Assembly: GCA_964016885.1 (NCBI GenBank) | Contig: OZ024743.1 | Coordinates: 50,220,001 to 50,284,000, forward strand | Origin: Eledone cirrhosa | Lineage: Eukaryota | Length of the DNA: 64,000 bases | Direction of reading: 5' to 3' | Shown here: positions 53,497 through 64,000 of the stretch, in pieces | Position numbering within the stretch: the first letter of the stretch is position 1 | Layout: each line of letters starts with the position of its first letter | Notes under the pieces: model-generated | Told to the model about the DNA's origin: nothing | The model's database searches: none | Seen by the model: only the letters and a program-made list of their open reading frames with translations | Made by a program: the position numbers and the translations under genes

Positions 53497-54260
53497 TTAC
53501 GTCCCTTAACGATCTGAGTTCAAATCTCGCCGAGGTTGACTTTGCCTTTCATCCTTACGGGGTCGATAAAATAAAGTACCAGTAATACACTGGGATAATT
53601 GCTGGCCTTGTGCCAAAAGTAGAAACAATTATTATTATTATTAGGGCGGTGGATTGGCAGTATTGGTTGAGGGTCGAACGCCATGCTTTATAGCATAGAG
53701 TTACAACCCTTTATGATCTGAGTTCAAATCTCGCTGAGGTTAACTTTGCCTTTCATCCTTACAGAGTCGATAAAATAAAGTACCAGTAATTTACTGGGAT
53801 AATTGCTGGCCTTGTGCCAAAAGTAGAAACAATTATTATTATGCTTGTGCCTATAGTAGAAACAGTTATTATTATGCTTTCTAATGGCGGGGGTTGGCGG
53901 AGTCGGTAGAGTGTTGGACAACATGCTTTGTGGCATAGTGTGATGGCCCTTTACATCAAATCCCGCCAATGTTAGCTTTGCTTTTCATCCTTAGAGGGAC
54001 GATAAAATAAAGTACCAGTAATACACTGCGGTCGATATAATCGACTTTCGCCTCCTCTAAAATTGCTGGCCTTACTCCTACACCAGAAACCATTATTATA
54101 CTTTCTAATGGTGGGGGTTGGCAGTATCGGTAGAGCGTCAGACACCAGGCTTTATGGTATGAGTTCAAATCCCGCCGAGGTTAGCTTTGCCTTCCATACT
54201 TACGAGGTCGATAAAATAAAGTACCAGTAACGCACTGGAGTTGATTTAATAGACTTTCCA
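53497..54260 (+). mobile_element. Cluster of four head-to-tail Nin/Deu-core SINEs
   Basis: GTCGATAAAATAAAGTACCAGTAA-type cores at about 53562, 53767, 54000 and 54207, separated by (TTA)n tails. Confidence 0.85.
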
Positions 54261-54589
54261 TTATTATTGTTTCTAAATCAGACACAAGGGGAAAGTCGAT
54301 TATACCGACCCTCCTGTTTCACTGGTATTTTAACAACTCTGGAATGGTGAAAGACAAAGTTGCCTTCAACGGGATTGGAACTGAAAATAAAATAAAATCT
54401 GTCAATCTGCTCCTAAAGTGTATACTATAGTATAATATAGTAAAGTATGGTATAAAGTATAGTATAGTATAGTATAGTATGGTATAGTATAGTATAATAT
54501 GGTATAATCTGGTATGGTATAGTATATGTCGAAGTCATATAATGTTGTTATATAAGACTATTCAACAGAATTCGTAATATAATCGGCTT

Positions 54590-54788
54590 GTCTCCCCACA
54601 TCCCTGGCGGACAGAATGGAGTAGGCGTTTCCCCGGAGGACGGCAACGGAGACGCACTGGAAAAGCCACTCCAACTCAGGGGGCTCAAAGCTGCGGCTGG
54701 CCAGCTCAGCACCTATGGGGTGAGTAGGGAGGTAGCCCTAGGGCCGAGGACACCAGAGGTCTCCACTGCCAAGGGTACAACAGCAAAG
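54590..54788 (-). mobile_element. CRE-like element 3' (RLE) fragment
   Basis: Homologous to 45265-45450 (GGGCCGAGGACACCAGAGGTCTCCACTGCC). Confidence 0.8.
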
Positions 54789-55021
54789 TCCATTCTCACT
54801 TCACCTCATTATGTCTAAATTTCAAATCTCCCACTTCTACGTCCGTGAGACATTTTTCATACATGGCCACTGGATGTGCTAGAAACAGTGACTAAATCTC
54901 CCTGAAACCACGTCTTACCATCTTACATCGAGAAAGAAGATATTAGATAATATAATTTGCGACATAGCACTAAAATAAAAATAGGATGGTCGGGACTGAA
55001 TTTAGTTAAAACAAGCAACAT

Positions 55022-56037
55022 TATCACCACCACCACTACCACTACCACTACCACCAATACCACTACCACCAATACCACTACCACTACTACCACTACCACC
55101 ACTACCACTACCACCAATACCACTACCACCAATACCACCACCACCAATACCACTACCACCACTACCACCACCACCAATACCACTACCACCAATACCAATA
55201 CCACCAATACCACTACCACCAATACCACTACCACCACTACCACCACCACCAATACCACTACCACCAATACGACTACCACCAATACGACTACCACCAATAC
55301 CACTACCACCAATACCACCACCACCAATACCACTACCACCAATACCACCACTACCAATACCACTACCACCAATACCACCACCACCAATACCACTACCACT
55401 ACCACTAATACCACTACCACCAATACTACTACCACTACCACTACCACCACTACCACTACCACCAATACGACTACCACCAATACCACTACCACCGCTACCA
55501 CTACCACCAATACCACTACCACCAATACCACTACCACCAATACCACTACCACTACCACCACTACCACTACCACCACTACCACTACCACCAATACGACTAC
55601 CACCAATACCACTACCACCGCTACCACTACCACCAATACCACCTATACCACTACCACCTATACCACTACCACCACTACCACTACCACCAATACCACTAAC
55701 ACATACCGCAACTACCACCTCTACCATTACCACCCTATACCACTACCACCTATACCACTACCACCAATACCCCTACCACCAATACCACTACTACTACCAC
55801 CAATACCACTACCACCACTACCACTACCACCAATACCACCACCACCTATACCACTACCACCAATACCACCACCACCTATACCACTACCACCAATACCACT
55901 ACCACCACCACCACTACCACCACCACCACTACCACCACCACCACTACCACCACCACCACTACCACCACTACCACCACCACTACCACCAATACCACTACCA
56001 CTGCCACTATTATCACCACCACCAACAACAACAACAG
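55022..56037. repeat. (ACC/ACT)n with 15-bp unit ACCACTACCACCAAT
   Basis: Directly visible. Confidence 0.95.
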
Positions 56038-56096
56038 TGAAGTTTATTTCTCACGATAGCTTGTTTATTGTGGCGAAGCTAATCAGCAGTTTGCAC

Positions 56097-56660
56097 AATA
56101 CCACCACACCCCAGTACCACCACACCCCACCACCACAACACCCTACCCACAGTACCACCGCACCCCACCCCCACCACACCCTACCTCCAGTACCACCACA
56201 CCCCGATCCCTAGTACCCCTATCCCCAGTACCACCAGCCCTCGTACCCCCCCTGCCCCCCCGTATCCCCCCTATCCCCAGTAGCCCCACATCTTACCCCC
56301 AGTATCACCACACCCGACCCGCAGTACCACCACACCCTACCCCCAGTACCACCCAACACCCCAACACCCCCGTACCACCAGACCCTACCACCACACCCTG
56401 TCCCCCCAGAATCCCACACCCTATCCCCAGTAGCCCCACATCTTACCCCCAGTACCACCACACCCTACCCCCAGTACCACCACACCCTGCCCCCAGTATC
56501 TCACACCCTACCCCCAGTAGGCCCACACCTTACCCCAGTACCACCACCCCCAATAACCCCCCCACACACACACACACACACCGAGCCCCCCTACGCCCAG
56601 TACCCCCACCACCAGTACCACCGCATCCTACCCCCAGTACCACCACCACCCCACCATCAA
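56097..56660. repeat. C-rich degenerate minisatellite (CCCCAGTACCACCACACCCTA)
   Basis: Recurring CCCCAGTA motif. Confidence 0.85.
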
Positions 56661-56814
56661 CTGAAGGTCAGGTAGAAAGAAAACCTCTTTCACAGAAATT
56701 CTTTTTCCTCCGGAGAGAAAATATTTTCTTTTGTTGTGAAACTATAAATGTCCGCCTCCTGCAGTAGGTCTGTTGCTGAGCGGTTCTTTATTTGGTGTCA
56801 CATATCTACCGCCT

Positions 56815-57743
56815 GCACACACACACTCACACACACACTCACAAACACACACACTCACACACATACTCGCACACACACTCACAAACACACACACTCGCAC
56901 ACACTCACAAACACACGCACTCACACACATACTCGCACACACACAGATAAACAGTCACACACAAACCCAAATACACTTACGCACACATATACACCCACAA
57001 ACGCTCACACAGTCACACTCACACTCACAGACCCCCAAACATACACACATGATCACATATGCACACACATATTACATACATACACATACACACACATGCA
57101 CACACGTGCACACACATACACACACATGCACACACACACACACACATGCACACACATACACACACATACACACACATACACACACAGGCACACACATACA
57201 CACACATGATATTACAGACATACACATACACACCCGTGCAAACACATGCACATACATACACACACATGCACACACATACACACACATACACACACGTACA
57301 CACATGCACACATATGCACACACATACACACACGTACACACATGTACACATATGCACACACATACACACACATACACACACATACACACACATACACACA
57401 TATACACACACATACACACATACACACACATGCACACACATACACACGTACACACATGCACACACGTACACACACATACAGACACGTACACACATACGCA
57501 CACATGCACACACATACACACTCATACACACACATGCAAACACACACCCCGACTCTATTACTACGGCGGTATTCACTACAGAATGAGACATAAGTGTTGC
57601 ATAAAAGAATAAAGGAATAAAGACAAAACAGCCGGAGATAGTTGTAAGGTAAGCTGTAAATATATAGTGGAGGTATTTTTGTACACACACATACACACAC
57701 ACGCACACGCACAGACACACATACACACACACATATACACGCA

Positions 57744-57775
<32 letters not shown>

Positions 57776-57791
57776 CACATACATACATACA

Positions 57792-57823
<32 letters not shown>

Positions 57824-57851
57824 CACATACATACATACATACATACATACA

Positions 57852-57940
<89 letters not shown>
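56815..57940. repeat. CA-rich, (TACA)n and (TA)n microsatellites
   Basis: Directly visible. Confidence 0.9.
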
Positions 57941-57943
<3 letters not shown>

Positions 57944-58613
57944 CATTATCGGAGAAAGCTTTTAGCGATACTCCGGCCAAATTCCAACTCACTCAACAAA
58001 CATTATGAAATAAGTGAGTATATTCCTAATTAAACGTTCGGGGTGCTAACTAAATGTATTGTGCGGAAAATTGGCTGTATTATTTCATTGAGACATATCG
58101 AATATATCTCTTCCCAGACGGATGTCTCGTTTCATTATAAGATTCCTACAATTTGGGTAGGAATTTATGTAGGAGATTGTATAAGATCAACAGATACATA
58201 TTCAAGTGGGCTCTTATAATTCTTCAGTGGGTGCCCAATAATACTAATATTGATAATCAAATCAATATCAGTATTTAGCGATAATCACCATCAGTGCCTG
58301 AGGTATCTGCTAGGTTGCTACTCCAGCAGTTCTAAAGAAATACTCAAACTGATTAAAAAATGAGGAAGTATATTACCGCAAAAAAAAAACAATACATGCA
58401 CAGGACAATGAATTCTAAAAGGAATTCAGAACACGTGCTACAACTCAATTGGAATTTGAAAAAATATCCATTTGTGTACATCGTTTGATGACACAGATAT
58501 TTTCTCGGGCAAAATAACAGAATGAGATACAAGAAACAATCAATATTCATATATAAAAAAATTATATATATATATAAGAATAAATTAAAAGATGGTTAAA
58601 AAAGTTACATGTA

Positions 58614-58680
58614 TTTTATTATGCGCATTTCTAAAACAAATATCATCCTGGGACGATATTTGCGTTCTCATCAGATAAAA
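58614..58680 (-). ncRNA. Type I hammerhead ribozyme
   Basis: Minus strand: stem I ttttat/ataaaa, CTGATGA, stem II gcaaatatcgtc/gatgatatttgt, GAA, palindrome ATGCGCAT and an AUA triplet. Confidence 0.75.
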
Positions 58681-58771
58681 TAGGGAGACATGATATGAAG
58701 CTTAAAAAAAAACACTTGTGAGCAAAGTAGTGTCTAAACAACATATGTTGTTTAGACACTACCTTGCTAAC

Positions 58772-58835
58772 TATCTGATGAGAACGCAAATATCGTCCCA
58801 GGATGATATTTGTTTTTGAAATGCGTATAATAAAA
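58772..58835 (+). ncRNA. Type I hammerhead ribozyme (inverted copy, short stem I)
   Basis: tat-CTGATGA-gaacgcaaatatcgtc-ccag-gatgatatttgttttt-GAA-ATGCGTAT-A-ata. Confidence 0.65.
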
Positions 58836-58987
58836 TACATGGAACTTTTTTAACCATCTTTTAATTTCTTCTTATATATACTCCAGTCCAATAAACTGTT
58901 GAGTGCTACTTATCCGATATTTGCATTGCTTTATTGTGCTACAATAAAACTCACCTCCTACATATATATATATATATGTAGGAGGTG

Positions 58988-59085
58988 AGGTTGACTTTGC
59001 CTTTCATCCTTACGGGGTCGATAAAATAAAGTACCAGTAATACACTGGATAATTGCTGGCCTTGTGCATAAAGTAGAAACAATTA
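58988..59085 (+). mobile_element. Nin/Deu-core SINE 3' half
   Basis: Core and tail only. Confidence 0.8.
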
Positions 59086-59123
59086 CATATATTTATTATT
59101 GTGTGTATACATATATACATACA

Positions 59124-59164
<41 letters not shown>

Positions 59165-59184
59165 ACATACATATGTATACATAC

Positions 59185-59223
<39 letters not shown>

Positions 59224-59399
59224 ATAGATAATGCTTATCTGTGAAAGTTACGTTACATCACGAAGATAATGAGGTTGAAGTAATTAACTGCACTCCTCGA
59301 CAGTCCTATATATCCCGCATTGTGACGGCGATTAACCGTGACAGAGTTCTCATGTACCAAGACAGATGTTAAATTTATATAATTGTCTTTATTATATTA

Positions 59400-59856
59400 T
59401 ACGTATTTCAATAGGAGTTTCCAGCGATCACACAGCCCGGTTGGCTGAGGGCAGTTTCTAGGTGAGATTGGCTACCCTGTGTCGCTGAAAAATTACTCAC
59501 ACATCTGCTTTGAATCGAGTAGTGTGCGTCCGTTGTCATCCGCCAAAGATAGATTGTAGCTTTATTGCCACGCCACGCCTCAGCCATTCGGGTCCATCGA
59601 ACTGCTTTGATCTCCTAGTGTCTAGGAGTACGCGCCTTAGCTCTGACAATGAATTGAAGAATTCGTCGAGTGCCAATCTCGTTGCAAGTACGTCAGCTGT
59701 GGTACCTTCTCTAACGGCTTCTTCTAGCTTTCTAACTAGTTTTCTTTCTAGTCTAGTTTTTTCTATCACTACTCCTTTACTAAACGTTATTGATTCTACT
59801 CTAATCGCCCTTTTCAGGACAAACCACCATCTGTTGGTAACGAATGCCCACGTCAA
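59400..59856 (-). mobile_element. Decayed Tx1/L1-like LINE ORF2 fragment
   Basis: RWWFVLKRAIRVESITFSK...LERKLVRKLEE resembles the post-endonuclease linker of L1/Tx1 ORF2; no catalytic motif seen. Confidence 0.45.
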
Positions 59857-60069
59857 ATAATACAGTACAGATAAATTGTAAATAAAATAAAAAAAATATA
59901 GTGAAATATAAAGATGAAATATATATTAAGTTATAGTAACACTATTAGTCTTCTATGTGGTGTGGTAAATAAATATATACATATACATCAGGTCCGAACA
60001 CAATGGAACCAAACTCCTACTGTCTCTGCCTCCGTCTCCCACGCTCTCCCCATCTCTCACTATTATAAA

Positions 60070-60580
60070 CAAATGGGGGCCCATGCGCGTTGGTTGTCCC
60101 GTGGCCCTGGCAGACAGAAGAGAGAAAGCGTTTTTCCGGAGGATCGTGAAGGAGACGCACTGGAAGAGGTATTCCAGCCCACTAGGCTCACTCCTGCGGG
60201 TAGCCAACTCTGTACCGGTTGTGATGAGCAAGGAGGTAGCCCCAGGGCCAAGGACACCAGAAGTCTCCACTGCTACTAATAGCCAACTCTGTGCCGATGG
60301 TGGGGGGCAGGGAGGTGACCCTAGGGCCAAGGACACCAGAAGTCTCAACTGCTACTAATAGCCAACTCTGTGCCGATTGTGGGGGGGGGGGGGGTGACCC
60401 TAGGGCCAAGGACACCAGAAGTCTCCACTGCTACTAATAGCCAACTCTGTGCCGATTGTGGGGGGCAGGGAGGTGACCCTAGGGCCAAGGACACCAGAAG
60501 TCTCCACTGTTACGGGCTCAATTGCAAACCTTTCGGAGAGCGATCTATATCTGGAGAGTTTATCCTCCTGGTTACTTAGT
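60070..60580 (-). mobile_element. CRE-like 3' fragment containing a 79-bp tandem repeat (4 copies)
   Basis: VAVETSGVLGP motif repeated, with GCCAACTCTG at 60203, 60282, 60361 and 60440. Confidence 0.8.
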
Positions 60581-60999
60581 CCTTTGATGTTGAGACGTTA
60601 CCAAGAACAATAGAGAGGAGGGGGAATAAAGAAAGGAAGGAAACGGAAGGGAAAAGAATGTAGAGGAAAGAAAGATGAACGGAAGAAATAAATGGAAGTA
60701 AAGAGAAGAAGAGAAGAGAGAAGATATGAAATATATAATTATGTCTATAATATAATGGAGGATAAGATTAGGATAAATATAATTATATTTAATAATTAGT
60801 TTGAAATTACAAGCTAATGAAATAATGAAAAATGTAAAAATGTTTAAAAAGTATAAAATAAAGAATATGGAATAAAGAATAAAAAATAAAGATTAAGAAT
60901 AATGGAGTGTGTTGCAGAAATCACGTGACTGACAGTGTACACAATATATAGGATCTAAGGCACACATTATAGATGATGTATGTATAAACATAAAAATAT

Positions 61000-61178
61000 A
61001 ATTGCTTCTACTTTTGGCACAAGGCCAGCAATTATCCCAGTGTATTACTGGTACTTTATTTCATCGACCCCGTAAAGATGAAAGGCAAAGTCAACCTCGG
61101 CAGGATTTGAACTCAAACCATAAAGGGCCGTAACTTTATGCTTAACGTCCGACTCTCTACCGATACTGCCAATCCACA
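61000..61178 (-). mobile_element. Nin/Deu-core tRNA SINE
   Basis: Tail, core, B box and A box in reverse complement. Confidence 0.85.
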
Positions 61179-62089
61179 TAAAAATATAATAATATATATC
61201 ACGTAGATATAGGATATAGGTAATATAAACATACATATAAATAAATAAAGATTGTAAAAATAATATAAAGATATATTTAACTTCACAGAAAATATTAGTA
61301 ACTAGCACGTGGTTATGTCAGTGAGATATGTGTGTAATGTGCAAAAAATAAGTACTTAGTATTTTTACCTATAGCTACTCACCATGTATCTGCAGGAAAG
61401 TTTTGACTAGTCTATGAGGGCAAATGTTGAATAAGCCCCACCTTCTATTGATAACTAGGGCGTTCCTTCATGTTTTCTCCATGGACTCTTAAATACACAA
61501 GAAACGGGAATCGGAGTGCCCCCTGTATGGTGGTGCAGATTGAATTTTAGACCAGGAAAGGGAATATTTTGTCTTATTAATCTTAAACCTCTACCTCAGT
61601 TTTGAGAGGGCCGTGCTATTTCTCTTATCTAGTCTTATAAATGTGTGACAGTGGGTGTACCATATCTCCTTAAATTTCGTTGCTGTTGCATTAACGTATA
61701 TATCTACTTGGGATATACTATAGTTACACATTTCGCTAAAGCAATGGGCTTTATTCTATATAGCAGTGGCGTGCCAAAAACACAAATAGCAGCAACAATT
61801 GGGAATAATGGTATATGATGCCCAGGCACAATTGGCGACAGCAGACAATACTTAACTGGTTGTGAGAGCGAGGTAATAATTTTATATTTTACACTATGTA
61901 ACAAGGAGCATGTGGCAATTCAGACAAACCTTGTTAACTGTGTGTGACAGCTCACACCTATATGTGTGTGTATGTGTGTGACAGCTCACACCTATGTGTG
62001 TGTGTGTATGTGTGTGTGTGTATGTGTGTGTGTGTATGTGTGTGTGTGTATGTGTGTGACAGCTCACACCTATGCAGGTTTAGCTGGCC

Positions 62090-62300
62090 TCCGCCAAGGT
62101 ATATCTCGTTAGACGTGTCTTGGGTAATTTAATGATAGAGACCTCAGTCCTATCATCTCATTTCTACAGCTGAGTAAACTGGAGCAACGTGATATAAAGT
62201 GTCTTGCTCAAGAAAACAACACATCACTCGGTCCGAGAACTGAACTCACAACCTTTCGATTGCAAGCCCAATGCCCTAACCACTTAGCCATACGCCTTCA
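62090..62300 (-). mobile_element. CORE-type tRNA SINE
   Basis: Reverse complement of the 2842-2970 family (AAAGTGTCTTGCTCAAG...CACTTAGCCATACGCCTTC). Confidence 0.8.
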
Positions 62301-62797
62301 CTTATTAACTGACAACACTAGAATTAATGAACAGATTCCACCAATCAGAAAATAGATACTTCTATCACACAAACACTAAGGAGAAACTATATTCGTAGAC
62401 GATACTGTAATATTTGTATTCATAAGTGGTTTTCTGCTAGCATGTGTAGTGTGTATATTGATATTATACGGAAGTATATATACATGTAGATATGATACGT
62501 CAAATAACATCGTAATTGACAATATAAATAGAAATTGAACGAAGGCTGCGTTACACTGTTTTATGTAATCAGTAACGTAATCCATGATACATTTAAAAAA
62601 AGACGATATTATATATAAACTGCATTAGGAGAAAATTAGTGACAGAAATATATGAATGTTTATTTAAGCGATAGCTAATCGGAAGTGTTGACATTTGAAA
62701 ATTTTAAAGAAGTGAATCTTAAAATAAGCAAGAAAATTATTTTTATTTAATCAAGAATAACGAAATTAACCATTGTATTTTCTATATTCTGTATCTA

Positions 62798-62888
62798 TAT
62801 GTGCATGTGTGTGTGCATGTATGTGTATGTGTATGTGTGTGTGTGTGTGTTCGCGTGTGTGTGTATGTATGTGTGTCTGTGTGTGTGT

Positions 62889-62945
<57 letters not shown>

Positions 62946-63124
62946 TGTGTGTGTCTGTGTGTGTTCGTCTGTGTGTGTGTGTATGTGTGTGTATGTGTGT
63001 GTGTTCGTGTGTGTTTGTGTGTGCATGTGTGTGTCTGTGTGTGTGTGTGTGTGTGTGTATGTCTGTGTGTATTTGTGTGTGTGTGTGTCGGTGTGTGTTC
63101 GTATATGTGTGTCTGTGTGTGTTC

Positions 63125-63155
<31 letters not shown>

Positions 63156-63198
63156 TGTGTTTGTATGTATGCGTGTGTGTCTGTGTGCGTGTGTGTGT
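62798..63198. repeat. Degenerate (TG)n microsatellite
   Basis: Directly visible. Confidence 0.95.
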
Positions 63199-63879
63199 AA
63201 GGTGATTTGTGAAATAAAAAGTTTAGCAGTTGCATCAAGAAAGTTCCAATGATGTTTTTAAAATCCATTATTGGAAATAGTTTTTGAATATTCCACCAGG
63301 AAGTTGCCAAAATGAAGTAGCAATTATGTCTAACATATTTATTGTTTTCACAGAGGAATCTTTTAAAAGACATCTGCATACTTCAGGAGAAGAATTTTCT
63401 GGTGTTCATTGAAAACTGTATTAATTAGAAGAGAAATGATTGTTTAACGAAATTCTGACTTACCACATCAAGTACTTCAATTATTTTAAACTCTACAGTT
63501 GGCAGTAGCACGTGATTGATAAGAGTGTATATGAAAGCAAGTATCTGTAAATATATATAATTCTCACTACGGTGTTTTTAATCTATAATCCACCATTATC
63601 TCAGCCGTGTAAAAAGGCCAGACATTAATGTTTCAGGATTTTTTTATTTATCACCAGTGTCGTTTACACACTCGGTATTGAGACTAAAATGAACTACAGC
63701 TTATATAAAATATCTGCTGGAGAATTCATTTGCATATAGTGTATGTTTGACCTGGCAACTAAGGTTATATACAGTAAGTGACTTTTCTGTATTTAGTTCT
63801 GTTCATTACACCATTATGTATAATGTGATAATAGCCAACATGGCAGGTTGTTAGTCAGTCTGGTGTGGTGTGACAAAAA

Positions 63880-64000
63880 TAATTGTTTCTACTTTTGGCA
63901 CAAGGCCAGCAATTACCCAGTGTATTACTGGTACTTTATTTTATCGACGCCGTAAGGATGAAAGGCAAAGTTAACCTCGGCGGGATTTGAACTCAGAATG
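63880..64000 (-). mobile_element. Nin/Deu-core SINE (runs off the window)
   Basis: Tail, core and B box in reverse complement. Confidence 0.85.

Larger units (their letters stand above)
58572..58880. mobile_element. ~310-bp foldback element made of two inverted HHR-bearing pLTR pieces
   Basis: 58572-58677 is the reverse complement of 58772-58880. A perfect 36-bp palindrome lies at 58727-58762. Confidence 0.8.

Noticed and set aside
53643-53735. tRNA genes
   Set aside because: The A/B boxes belong to SINE heads; there is no cloverleaf and they continue into the SINE core and tail.
61400-61800. Decayed GIY-YIG (YVNATATKFKE on the minus strand)
   Set aside because: A single weak motif among many stops is not enough for a call.

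Overview
AT-rich, repeat-saturated animal genomic DNA, most likely octopus or another cephalopod (inferred from the tRNA-derived Nin/Deu-core and CORE-type SINEs and the dense (TA)n/(CA)n tracts). I cannot confidently recognise any host protein-coding gene, and almost all listed ORFs are microsatellite or minisatellite translations. The window holds three giant minisatellites (23, 33 and 30 bp units), about 20 SINE copies, a CRE-like RT+RLE retrotransposon nested in a decayed R4/Dong-like LINE, RTE and Tx1-like fragments, and several Penelope-like element (PLE) fragments inserted in (TA)n. The main hidden layer is RNA structure. At least 10 loci fold by eye into type I hammerhead ribozymes (HHRs), from about 8 unrelated families, most with the palindromic stem III typical of dimer-acting PLE/retrozyme HHRs. 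The best candidate for an undescribed system is a 3.2-copy tandem array of an apparently identical, non-coding 591-bp unit (34045-35923). Each unit carries a variant HHR with a U3-A8 core covariation and a branched loop II. The array is circularly permuted relative to the cleavage site, bracketed by HHR-derived inverted repeats and adjacent to a PLE RT/GIY-YIG fragment, which suggests a retrozyme-like circular-RNA parasite. All folds were made manually and need computational and biochemical confirmation.
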